A stretch of 64,000 bases of DNA from a virus, in IMG/VR virus record IMGVR_UViG_3300025117_000002; one strand, 5' to 3'. A program made the position numbers and the translations under genes. Under the pieces are notes generated by a model. It ran no database searches. It worked only from the letters and a program-made list of their open reading frames with translations, and was not told the origin of the DNA. This document shows positions 55,130 to 63,664 of this stretch, in pieces; position 1 is the stretch's first letter, and the number at the start of each line of letters is the position of its first letter.

Positions 55130-55456
55130 TTATACTCTTCCATATAATCTTTCGACGTTATACTGATACTCAGCTGTTCTTGTTCTAAGCCTACCGTCAT
55201 CGAAAGTATACGTGACAGTTAAAGCTTTAGGCTCCAACTCAAGACGATTGTTCCTGAGAGCATTAACGGAAGGAGCTATTTCTATGTTTACAATAGAAGA
55301 AAGAGGAGATATTTCTGTGTCTGCTTGTAAACGTACACCAGAGTTGATATCCGTAATACGGTAAGTGGCAGTAACCGGAGCTACTGCCACACCATTGTTA
55401 TCAAGGAACTCAATCTCTACTGTACACCCTGAATCTTGAGGTACAGTCTGAGCCAT
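55130..55456 (-). CDS. Small beta-rich structural-region protein (108 aa)
   Basis: ORF-track frame. Composition only. Confidence 0.35.
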   Translation of the reverse strand: MAQTVPQDSGCTVEIEFLDNNGVAVAPVTATYRITDINSGVRLQADTEISPLSSIVNIEIAPSVNALRNNRLELEPKALTVTYTFDDGRLRTRTAEYQYNVERLYGRV

Positions 55457-56106
55457 TACGTTACCCTCGCTTCAACCAAATTGGTTCTTCGTGTTCTACC
55501 AGCTAGTTTACCAGCTTCTACCCTTGATCTATTCTTCTTCAGTGATCTGAGCCAGTAACCTATAGTGGCATATTTGATGTTTAACTTCGTACTTACTTCC
55601 TCTTGAGACAAGCCTGATTCATAAAGTCTGACTGCCTCTTTTACATCTTCTCTATCTGATAGAGATTTACATGCATTACCGGGGATCAAATTGGTTTTAA
55701 CACTCGATTCCTTTTTCAATCTCTGTAACTCGCTCCTTACCCAAAGTCTTTTTTCTCTAATGTGAGGCATAACCTCCTGTCGAGGGTGGCCTATTGGAAA
55801 TTGTAGGGCTATTTCTACTTGAGCTTTCTTTACTATTACAAAATCTTTGATAGTGTTCAAAAAATTCAGAGCTGTTTCAGAGTAAATAGCCCAAGTATAA
55901 GAAGCTTTGCCTGCTTTTTCATAATAATGCTTAGGGAAGATGATGTTACCACCAAATCTTTCCCTAAGCATCTCCAGAACAGGTAGAGTGTTTTGCGTGA
56001 CGGTTACGGAGAGTACCATGTATTTGTTCTTCTCAGAGTGACTAACTCCTACATAACCTTCCCCATCAAAGAAACCCGCAAAATAAGCTATTAGAATATC
56101 TTTCAT
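55456..56106 (-). CDS. Free-standing LAGLIDADG homing endonuclease with a C-terminal HTH
   Basis: There is a single LAGLIDADG motif, LIAYFAGFFDGEGYVG, near the N-terminus. C-terminal VSTKLNIKYATIGYWLRSLKKN is HTH-like. Confidence 0.8.
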   Translation of the reverse strand: MKDILIAYFAGFFDGEGYVGVSHSEKNKYMVLSVTVTQNTLPVLEMLRERFGGNIIFPKHYYEKAGKASYTWAIYSETALNFLNTIKDFVIVKKAQVEIALQFPIGHPRQEVMPHIREKRLWVRSELQRLKKESSVKTNLIPGNACKSLSDREDVKEAVRLYESGLSQEEVSTKLNIKYATIGYWLRSLKKNRSRVEAGKLAGRTRRTNLVEARVT

Positions 56107-56150
56107 CTTCTATTATATCCTTTTTCAAAAAACTCAATTAAATCAATAAC

Positions 56151-56693
56151 TTAGACCCCATTAAACTGGTGATTCACAAAAACCTTCAGAGTGTCAGTAC
56201 TGGTCTTTGTAAAAGAAGCAGCAAACAGCCAGTGGCAGTGAGCCGCAGTAGGAGTTGTGATATTATCAACAACCGCACCCTCGTTAATACCAGCAGAGTT
56301 TGCTTCCGTGGTAGCGTAGGACACTCTCCAAGTAACGATATCAAGACCGGCACCAGTATTGTCAGTATCAGCGTCCCCAGTTTTCGGGTAAGTAGCATCT
56401 ACAGCTTTACCTGATCCTGCAACGAATGTAGTTACATCAGCGTCAGCTTTTGCAGGAGCTGTAGAGCCTGTACCCAGTCGCATTCCACCAGCAGCAAAAT
56501 CCTTATTGGGGGTTTGGCCACAAGCTTTTTCTGCATAGTACCTATCACCAGCATCGGTAACGATATTGGCACCAAGAATAGCAGTTTCTGTGCCATCTGC
56601 GTGTGTCAGAATGGCAACTACGTTGCACTCTCTCTCAATACCATCGGAGAAGAGCACAGATTTTCCGAAATACTCGTTTACATTGACCTTCAT
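56151..56693 (-). CDS. Virion-region protein (180 aa), strongly expressed by its SD
   Basis: AAGGAGG SD. Ala/Thr/Gly-rich beta protein. Loosely resembles the 122-aa product of 61925..62293. Confidence 0.4.
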   Translation of the reverse strand: MKVNVNEYFGKSVLFSDGIERECNVVAILTHADGTETAILGANIVTDAGDRYYAEKACGQTPNKDFAAGGMRLGTGSTAPAKADADVTTFVAGSGKAVDATYPKTGDADTDNTGAGLDIVTWRVSYATTEANSAGINEGAVVDNITTPTAAHCHWLFAASFTKTSTDTLKVFVNHQFNGV

Positions 56694-56791
56694 CTTGGAT
56701 GACCTCCTTGCGTTTGTCGCTTTTTGTTATGACTGCTACAACTTTCTCTTTGGCTCGTAATTTGTCAATCATTCGTACCTCTCTTCTAATA

Positions 56792-59700
56792 TCACTCTGG
56801 AGGCTGATTATCGTTTTTCACTTTAAACTTCGGTCGAGTCAGCCTGAAACACAGTATGAGCTTAACAAGTGGTACTACTCTTGTTATAACAAATTTCTTT
56901 CCACTTGTGATATTAATATTCACTACATCAAGTATAACCCGAAACATAGCTTTACGATACTTGATTGTTTCTTCTATATCTTGTATTGCGTTGAGAATCC
57001 TGATGTAAATAGCTGACTGTATGGTAATATCTATTAGTCTTACCTGTTCAGCTATAAGTCTTACGTAGTGCCATGCTGTTGATTTACTCTCAGAAACTCT
57101 CAATAAGTCTCCAGAGTACCGATTTATAGCCAACTGCTTCTGACTGCTATGTACTAGGTTAAGGTTGTTATTCACCACATACAACCAGTTTTTACGTACT
57201 ACTTCCACCAAATTCTCTGCTTCATCTATTATACGTTTTAGCATCAGTCTTATTTCCCTTGTTTCAGAGAGTGAGATAAAGTCACTGATAGACAGTCTAA
57301 TAGATTTAAGATGACTGATGATATCCAAATGAGTCACTATATCCCTCACCACCCTGGTCATGGAAAGCTGTTTGTAGGTGTTACCTACTATCTGTAGCAC
57401 ATGATTAATAGCTCTTCTCAAAGCTCTTGAGGTCATCCTATCTTCCACCAGAGACTCAGAATTATTTACTATCCTATTCCATGTACCTAACTTTAAGCTT
57501 TCCTCTATAAGTGACTGAACATTATCTATTACACGAAGAATAGTGTGTTTAAAATAATTACTCTCGTAAGCTTCAACCTGATCGTTTTTAATCCGCTTAA
57601 GTGCTCCTCTTCGGTGTGCTGTCTCAATATGATTCATCCAGTAGTTTACAATCTTTAGGATAGTGTGAACAAAATAATTTGTTTCTATTAGACTTACAGA
57701 CCTATTGATAACTTGCTTAATAACCTTTCTGCTAAGCCGTGTTTCAATAAGCTGCAACACTTCGTTAACGTACTGAAGGATAGTTTTCTTTCTCACTATG
57801 CTTTCAAAAGATTCTACTGTTTTATTTATTACACGATTTAGGAATCCACGTTTATATCTGGTTTCGCTTAACAGAGTAATTTCATTACTGACCCTCTTAA
57901 GAGAAAGATGATGCAATGTGTTATCTACGAAATTTAGTGTATTGTCTATTATTCGTGAAATTTTAATGTTTCTTTGAATAACCTCAACAACTTGCTGTGT
58001 ACCGTCCTGAAGAATTCTATTCAATCTCATCACTCTATGCCTAGCTTCCAGTATCGACAAAGTATCGTCGCTAAACCTACGTAAGAAGAGCTTATGAGGA
58101 TAAGTTTCCCAAAGCTGCAATACTTCAGTTTTCAATCGACGTAGTACTCTAGGTCTTAACGTAGATTCGACAAGCTGTTGAGTCTCTGTTTTAAGTCTTG
58201 TCAGGTATCTGAATCGTCTACTAACCTCAGCTACACTTTCTATATCAGCTACATTTCTCTTTAAAGCTAAGCTTTTAAGGATCGATTCTACTAAAGAAGC
58301 TACTTCAGATTTGATCCTTACCATAGTTCGGCTACGCAAAGACGACTCTACTAAGCGTAAGCTTTCATCTTTCTGCCTAATTCTACAGATCAATTTATAC
58401 TTTGTTTCAATCAGGTTTATTGTATCAGAAACAAGCTTACGCAATTGTCTTACAAAACTATGAGTCTCGACTACGGATACAACATCAGCTATTGGTTTAA
58501 GAAATCCTAATACTCTTCGTCTTGCCTCAACAAATTGCTCAACTTCTGTTTCTATAAGAGTTATCATTTTCTGTTTGACTACAGTACTTACAAGCTGAAC
58601 AGTATCTGATGCAAGTCTAACATATTTTATATTCTGGAACGTTAAATCACTTATAAAGAATGCATCTAATACCGCTCTTATTCTTCCAGTTATGTAGTTT
58701 GTTTCAGCTACTGCTTCTTCATAAGTAATAGGAGTACCGTCATCCTCATTTGTTATACTGTTACCTGTTACTTCCTCAGTTATATTATGCTGAGGAGCTA
58801 ACCTGTGAAATATAGCCTGTAAATCTTTAACTACCTTAAGCAAAAATCTCCATCCTACTATAGCTTCAACAAATTGAACTGTATTAGACACAATCCTAAC
58901 AAGCTCAGTTTCTAAAGTAGTAGCAGTAGCTGACTGAGCTTGTGTGCCAGCATTAGAAACTATAACATGATTTTGTCTTAAGGTAGGAGATACAGAAGAA
59001 GTAGCGTGTGTGCAGCTTTCAAGCTGCATTAAATGTACCTGTGAGAACGAGCCACTGTCTGTAATGTGAGCATGAGATGCATTAGCAGCAAGAATAGATA
59101 TTATAATAACGTATCCACTAACTGTATTATTTATATCACTTGTATTGGGCGAACCTACTGATCTAGCATCTACTAAAATGTCATAAGTACCAGTTTCTGT
59201 TGGAGTCCAATCCCAGTAAGCAGTAGTACCGTATGCCCTTTGAACAGAATAGCCACCACTATCCTTTTGAATAGAAAATTGATACTCATAAGGCGCAGTA
59301 CCACCTGAAGCTGTAGCATCTATTCTTACAGTTGCTCCTACATTGCTTGGAGAAGAAACATTTGGAGTAGTAATAAGACTAGTAGGTGCTAGCAGTAAAG
59401 ACAGCACGGAGACTTGCTGAGCATGAAAGCTATGATTTGTGGATAGCACATGCTCTTGTGTAAAAGTACTGTTATCAGCAAGCTGAGCATGTGCAGCACT
59501 TCCAGCTATAATAGAATATGAATCTACGAGATTCCCACCAGACCAATCATCCCATGCACCTGAGAGTCCTCCTAGATACAACCCAGGTGCTCCTCCACTG
59601 GCTATACTAGAATCAGTAATCGTGTTTGGGTCAGCAACTCCATTGTAATAAACAGTAAGAGTATTGTCGTTTACTTCAAACTTTATTACATCCCCAGGAG

Positions 59701-60049
59701 CAGAAGCTTTTGTGATAGCACCTGTTCCAAGGTATGAAAAAGAACCAGTTAACCACCTACAGAAACGAAAGGTGGTAGCTGATACCATTACACCATAAGC
59801 ATTCTTGTTGCCCTGGCATCTTACCAACAAAGCCATATAGGTAGTACTAGCAGCTATAGTAGCCTGACAGTACTGATTGGACGCAAAAGTATCAGCATTC
59901 CAGTAACAAGCATTGTCATCACCTGTTACTGTGCCTTGTACTCTGTTGCTAGTAAGCTGGCAAGCATTAAACCAGCCAGCTGTAGACCAGTTACCAGCTA
60001 TCGGATTTTCATTTACTCTATTAAAACTGTCAGAAGCAGGAAGAGCCAT
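56792..60049 (-). CDS. 1085-aa virion-module protein: lectin-like N-domain, Ig-like domain and about 30 tandem 20-residue repeats
   Basis: The repeats run from about residue 383 to 1060 and are hand-phased (see findings). Units such as LNRVINKTVESFESIVRKKT / ILQYVNEVLQLIETRLSRKV / IKQVINRSVSLIETNYFVHT follow one another without spacers. Confidence 0.6.
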   Translation of the reverse strand: MALPASDSFNRVNENPIAGNWSTAGWFNACQLTSNRVQGTVTGDDNACYWNADTFASNQYCQATIAASTTYMALLVRCQGNKNAYGVMVSATTFRFCRWLTGSFSYLGTGAITKASAPGDVIKFEVNDNTLTVYYNGVADPNTITDSSIASGGAPGLYLGGLSGAWDDWSGGNLVDSYSIIAGSAAHAQLADNSTFTQEHVLSTNHSFHAQQVSVLSLLLAPTSLITTPNVSSPSNVGATVRIDATASGGTAPYEYQFSIQKDSGGYSVQRAYGTTAYWDWTPTETGTYDILVDARSVGSPNTSDINNTVSGYVIIISILAANASHAHITDSGSFSQVHLMQLESCTHATSSVSPTLRQNHVIVSNAGTQAQSATATTLETELVRIVSNTVQFVEAIVGWRFLLKVVKDLQAIFHRLAPQHNITEEVTGNSITNEDDGTPITYEEAVAETNYITGRIRAVLDAFFISDLTFQNIKYVRLASDTVQLVSTVVKQKMITLIETEVEQFVEARRRVLGFLKPIADVVSVVETHSFVRQLRKLVSDTINLIETKYKLICRIRQKDESLRLVESSLRSRTMVRIKSEVASLVESILKSLALKRNVADIESVAEVSRRFRYLTRLKTETQQLVESTLRPRVLRRLKTEVLQLWETYPHKLFLRRFSDDTLSILEARHRVMRLNRILQDGTQQVVEVIQRNIKISRIIDNTLNFVDNTLHHLSLKRVSNEITLLSETRYKRGFLNRVINKTVESFESIVRKKTILQYVNEVLQLIETRLSRKVIKQVINRSVSLIETNYFVHTILKIVNYWMNHIETAHRRGALKRIKNDQVEAYESNYFKHTILRVIDNVQSLIEESLKLGTWNRIVNNSESLVEDRMTSRALRRAINHVLQIVGNTYKQLSMTRVVRDIVTHLDIISHLKSIRLSISDFISLSETREIRLMLKRIIDEAENLVEVVRKNWLYVVNNNLNLVHSSQKQLAINRYSGDLLRVSESKSTAWHYVRLIAEQVRLIDITIQSAIYIRILNAIQDIEETIKYRKAMFRVILDVVNINITSGKKFVITRVVPLVKLILCFRLTRPKFKVKNDNQPPE

Positions 60050-60065
60050 TGTACGTTACCTCTCC

Positions 60066-61883
60066 TTAGAAAGCAGTACCACCATCAATTCTGAAACGCT
60101 CTCCCCCTGCGTATAGGATGATATTCCTGTTACCACTTCCCGCATCCTCTATTAGAACTGTGCCGTTCATATCAGCAGAAGCTGCTGGAAGACTTGCTGT
60201 GGCTACTACTGGAGTTTTTGTACGCATAATTTCTTTCCAGTAAGTAGTTCCTTTACGAAACAGAATTCCGTCACCTTTTTCTAGCAGAGTGCTGATACCA
60301 TTCTTAAGTGCAAAATTGTTAGTACTAGTGCCATGACTTATAGTGAGGGTGCCTGTACCCCCGGTTTTCTCTATATACAAAAGTTGTCCCAACATACCAT
60401 CAGCTGCTGTAGAAAGAGTATCGTTTGTATTAGAGGCATGCTCTATTACATTTTGATGCTTTGGCCATAAAGTATCTCCACTTGCAGGACAAGCTGGTAC
60501 CCAGCCAGCAGGAGAAGTGAATATTACATGATAGTAACCATTAGCATCTGGTTCTATATTATACGTGCCTCCATAATTTTCGCCAATCTCAATACCATCA
60601 CTTGATCCACCTACAGCAATATGGCATTCTCCATTAAACCTATTGCCTTTAATACAACCAGAAGCAAAAACTGCTGTGTTCTCTATGTTGTAAGAACTTC
60701 CCCATATCAAGTTATTTTTTATATTGAAAGCATGACCATAAGAACCTTTTATTCTAATACCACATCCTTTGCCATCAGTAGCTCCTATGCCGTTGTTTTC
60801 AACGTAACAGCTTGTAATGTCAACTATGCCACAACTCTCAAATAGCATACCAGATATCTCAGGTGTGGTAGTTGTTAAGCCGTTACCTTCAAAGTTACAA
60901 GTTTCAAAAGTCCAAACTAATCCAGATTCTACACCTGAAGTATTTTTGACATGTATACCGTGTTTCTGAGACTGTCCTACTCTTACTTTCTTGAAATGAT
61001 TAATAGACATAGTGTAAGCACTCTCAATGTAAATGCCTGTGTCCTGGGAGTACATAACATCTATCTCTTCAAAGGTAAGCCAATTGAACCTATCTGAGCC
61101 GTGAATACCATGTTTAAACTCAGATATCTTGAGATGATGGTAGGTGTGCCAATCATTAAAAGTATTGTCATCAGTTCCTTTAATTCTAATAGCAGAAGAT
61201 GACGTAAAGCCATCGACATTCTTCATAAAACCGCCACCAAACTCAAAGTACATAACATGGTTATTAGTACCAGCAGAATCTACTGTTAGTACATCAGCAT
61301 CAGCATAAGGTCGTAGTGTTGCGCCGTTCAGGTTGATAATAACTTTAGCCAGAAATGCTGATCTGACAGTAAAGTTACCACGGTATACTTTAGCTTCAAA
61401 GTCAACCACTCCACCATTCGTGGTAACACAAGCTATAGCTGCGTTTATAGCAGCACTATCGTCAGTGCTGTCATCAGCAACCGCTCCCCACCAAACAGGC
61501 TCAGTTCTCCTAAGCCCTATTACAGTACCAGCTCCAGCGAATACCTGATAACTACCTGCTATTAGATGAGACGAAGGAGCAAACTCACATGTATTGGTAC
61601 TTGTAACATTGATCCTACCTGTAGGAGTCACCCAAATGTTTTTATTTACTATATAAGCATCGTCAATCTCTTGAGCATCAGACACTATCAAGAGCTTGCC
61701 ATCCAGTGTGGCATCATCAAGTGCTACAGAAAGATCAGTCACCTGTACATAGTCGAACACAAGGTCTTTAGGAGCTATTCGTCTGGTAGCAGCACCTTGT
61801 ATAATAGTCATCATGTTCTCTGTTCTATTAATAGGCAGAGTTGCAGCTTCCCTGGTTAAGACATAATCTTTGTGACTAGACAT
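60066..61883 (-). CDS. Pectate-lyase-3-like beta-helix tailspike/depolymerase
   Basis: WWGAVADDSTDDSAAINAAIACVTTNGGVVDF is the canonical start of the Pectate_lyase_3 / tailspike beta-helix. It is followed by PbH1-like turns. Confidence 0.7.
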   Translation of the reverse strand: MSSHKDYVLTREAATLPINRTENMMTIIQGAATRRIAPKDLVFDYVQVTDLSVALDDATLDGKLLIVSDAQEIDDAYIVNKNIWVTPTGRINVTSTNTCEFAPSSHLIAGSYQVFAGAGTVIGLRRTEPVWWGAVADDSTDDSAAINAAIACVTTNGGVVDFEAKVYRGNFTVRSAFLAKVIINLNGATLRPYADADVLTVDSAGTNNHVMYFEFGGGFMKNVDGFTSSSAIRIKGTDDNTFNDWHTYHHLKISEFKHGIHGSDRFNWLTFEEIDVMYSQDTGIYIESAYTMSINHFKKVRVGQSQKHGIHVKNTSGVESGLVWTFETCNFEGNGLTTTTPEISGMLFESCGIVDITSCYVENNGIGATDGKGCGIRIKGSYGHAFNIKNNLIWGSSYNIENTAVFASGCIKGNRFNGECHIAVGGSSDGIEIGENYGGTYNIEPDANGYYHVIFTSPAGWVPACPASGDTLWPKHQNVIEHASNTNDTLSTAADGMLGQLLYIEKTGGTGTLTISHGTSTNNFALKNGISTLLEKGDGILFRKGTTYWKEIMRTKTPVVATASLPAASADMNGTVLIEDAGSGNRNIILYAGGERFRIDGGTAF

Positions 61884-61924
61884 AGTTCTCCCCTTGATAG
61901 ATAAAATACCCTACACTACAGGTA

Positions 61925-62293
61925 TTATGTTGGGGCATTTATTTCTACTTTCCAACTGTTGAATGTAGCCGTATTACCTGAAGTGACAGCTTGTGAAGTA
62001 CAGGTAGTTACATACAGAAGGTTCGTAGCATCTACCAGAGCAACATGAGTGGCTGTACCGTTAGCTGTAACAGACACACCTGTTTTCTGAGCTATTGTTA
62101 CTTTCCTGCCAGAAGTGTCACCAGCAGCTTTAGTGAAGTCACCAGAAGTAAGAGTAGCTACTGCGGAAAGCCCGTAAGTAGTAACAGCTTCTGTTCTGTT
62201 GGTAGGCTGAGCACTACAGATAACCTCTCCAGTAGCCAGCGCAATTTTGTCCAGAGCACCATCTATTACAGTAGTAGAGCACCATTTAGCCAT
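61925..62293 (-). CDS. Small virion-region protein (122 aa)
   Basis: ORF-track frame. Thr/Ala-rich beta composition. Confidence 0.4.
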   Translation of the reverse strand: MAKWCSTTVIDGALDKIALATGEVICSAQPTNRTEAVTTYGLSAVATLTSGDFTKAAGDTSGRKVTIAQKTGVSVTANGTATHVALVDATNLLYVTTCTSQAVTSGNTATFNSWKVEINAPT

Positions 62294-62402
62294 TGTTTTG
62301 TTCCTCCTGCTCTTTTTGCTTTTCGTTCATGCATTCTTCTATTAGATCGACGAAATTGTCAATGTAGCTGTCATCTGGTTGAATTACTATATCAGTCATT
62401 TT

Positions 62403-62735
62403 TTACCCCAATTCAGTAAGATTAGCCTGTCCACCAGGAGTACTGATGACAGAAATTACGTCACCTACGTTTACAACCAGTCTTCGTGTTCCACCAGCAG
62501 GTACATACCCGCATACATCGCCATCCACAGTTGCAGCAGTTCCAGCAGCAGTGATCCTGTAGTATGTAGCTGCCGATACGTACAGATCAGCTATCTCGTA
62601 CTGAGTAGCTGTAAATTCAATATGGGTAGCTGCTGCCATCGTCTTCTGCTGATATATCCTTTCCCTGTACAGATGAGTAGAAAAGTAACCTGTTCGATCC
62701 TTCATTTCTGCCGACTTAGTAAGCTTGTGTTCCAT
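62403..62735 (-). CDS. Small virion-region protein (110 aa)
   Basis: ORF-track frame with a GAAGGAG SD. Confidence 0.4.
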   Translation of the reverse strand: MEHKLTKSAEMKDRTGYFSTHLYRERIYQQKTMAAATHIEFTATQYEIADLYVSAATYYRITAAGTAATVDGDVCGYVPAGGTRRLVVNVGDVISVISTPGGQANLTELG

Positions 62736-62810
62736 TGTGGTTGTTCTCCTTCATAAATACAGTGGTTGTAGAGATTCTTTCTATGAATTACATAGAAGTT
62801 TGTAGCAATA

Positions 62811-62849
62811 AAAAAGCAAGAGGACTTGTATATCACCCTCTTGCTTTTT
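62811..62849 (-). terminator. Strong rho-independent terminator after the 137-aa gene
   Basis: AAAAAGCAAGAGG (62811-62823) pairs with CCTCTTGCTTTTT (62837-62849). The minus strand gives a GC-containing stem followed by TTTTTTATT. Confidence 0.75.
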
Positions 62850-62882
62850 GTCCTCATGCACTATTCCTTTTGTGTTATTAAA

Positions 62883-63296
62883 TTAGTCCACAAGAGTAAT
62901 GGTTTCAGAAGCAGTGATGCCACCAGCTTCAACGTCAGCTACAGTACCTACAACAGTAGCTGCGATAGGAGCAGCACTAGTAAGAGCAGGTGCAGCAGCA
63001 TAGTTAGTATCAGTAACTCCCTCGTCTGCATTGAGTTTTGTAACAAGAGTGTTGAATGCAGTACGAAGAGCTGCTAGGTCATCATAGACTTTATCTGTCT
63101 CCGTTTTTATTGTTCCAATATCTGTAGCTGCTTTGTTGTGATCGGCTACAAGCAAGTTCACACCAGTTACTGAACCTATACTTGCATTGCAGTTAGTCAC
63201 CAGTGTGTTAAAAGCGTTTATCAGAGCGGCAAGCACTCCACCTTTCTCCAATGTGTTTTTTACTCTAAGTGCCATTGTGAAATATCCTCCGTACAA
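62883..63296 (-). CDS. Abundant-looking small virion protein with an internal duplication (137 aa)
   Basis: Consensus GGAGG SD, own terminator and an upstream hairpin. Two copies of LAAL(I/R)(N/T)AFNTLVT(N/K)(C/L)NA. Confidence 0.5.
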   Translation of the reverse strand: MYGGYFTMALRVKNTLEKGGVLAALINAFNTLVTNCNASIGSVTGVNLLVADHNKAATDIGTIKTETDKVYDDLAALRTAFNTLVTKLNADEGVTDTNYAAAPALTSAAPIAATVVGTVADVEAGGITASETITLVD

Positions 63297-63299
63297 TCA

Positions 63300-63331
63300 A
63301 GAGCCTTACAAGGATTAACTTATAAGGCTCT
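63300..63331 (-). other. 9-bp hairpin in the spacer upstream of the 137-aa gene
   Basis: AGAGCCTTA (63300-63308) pairs with TAAGGCTCT (63323-63331) across a 14-nt loop. No clear U-tract, so this may be an attenuator or processing site. Confidence 0.35.
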
Positions 63332-63343
63332 CGTTGTCAGTTG

Positions 63344-63655
63344 TTACGGCTTAGCCGATCTACGTGTAGGTGGCTTATCTTTTTCTTTCTCTTTTTCTTC
63401 TTTTTCCTTGTCGTTACCTTCAGGCTCTTTTATCGGTTCCTTATCGTTTTCCGGTTCTTTTACCTTTATAGGTTTCGTTACCTTCGCAGGTTCCTTTACC
63501 AGTGTGTATTCATGTGGAAGGTTATGACAGAGAGTTTCGGCGTACTCATTGTCTTCTAGCACACCGAAACCCTCTTCATCAAATTCCACAATAAACGATC
63601 CGATAATCAGTGTTTGCCCTTTTGATTTCTCACGAAAAATTTTTGCCATTGTCAA
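63344..63655 (-). CDS. Hypothetical protein with a Lys/Glu/Pro-rich tail (103 aa)
   Basis: ORF-track frame. C-terminal KEPENDKEPIKEPEGNDKEKEEKEKEKDK low-complexity tail. Confidence 0.4.
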   Translation of the reverse strand: MTMAKIFREKSKGQTLIIGSFIVEFDEEGFGVLEDNEYAETLCHNLPHEYTLVKEPAKVTKPIKVKEPENDKEPIKEPEGNDKEKEEKEKEKDKPPTRRSAKP

Positions 63656-63664
63656 TCGCTCCTA

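Noticed and set aside
56694-56791. 45-codon minus-strand ORF (MIDKLRAKEKVVAVITKSDKRKEV...) starting just after the repeat-protein stop and running into the next gene out of frame.
   Set aside because: It overlaps a gene that has a much stronger AAGGAGG SD, and nothing beyond the open frame supports it.
62286-62399. 37-codon acidic ORF (MTDIVIQPDDSYIDNFVDLIEECMNEKQKEQEEQNNG) filling the gap between 62403..62735 and 61925..62293.
   Set aside because: It has plausible coupling (3 nt after the upstream stop, and it overlaps the next ATG). However, the SD is weak and the ORF is too short to support without conservation or proteomic data.
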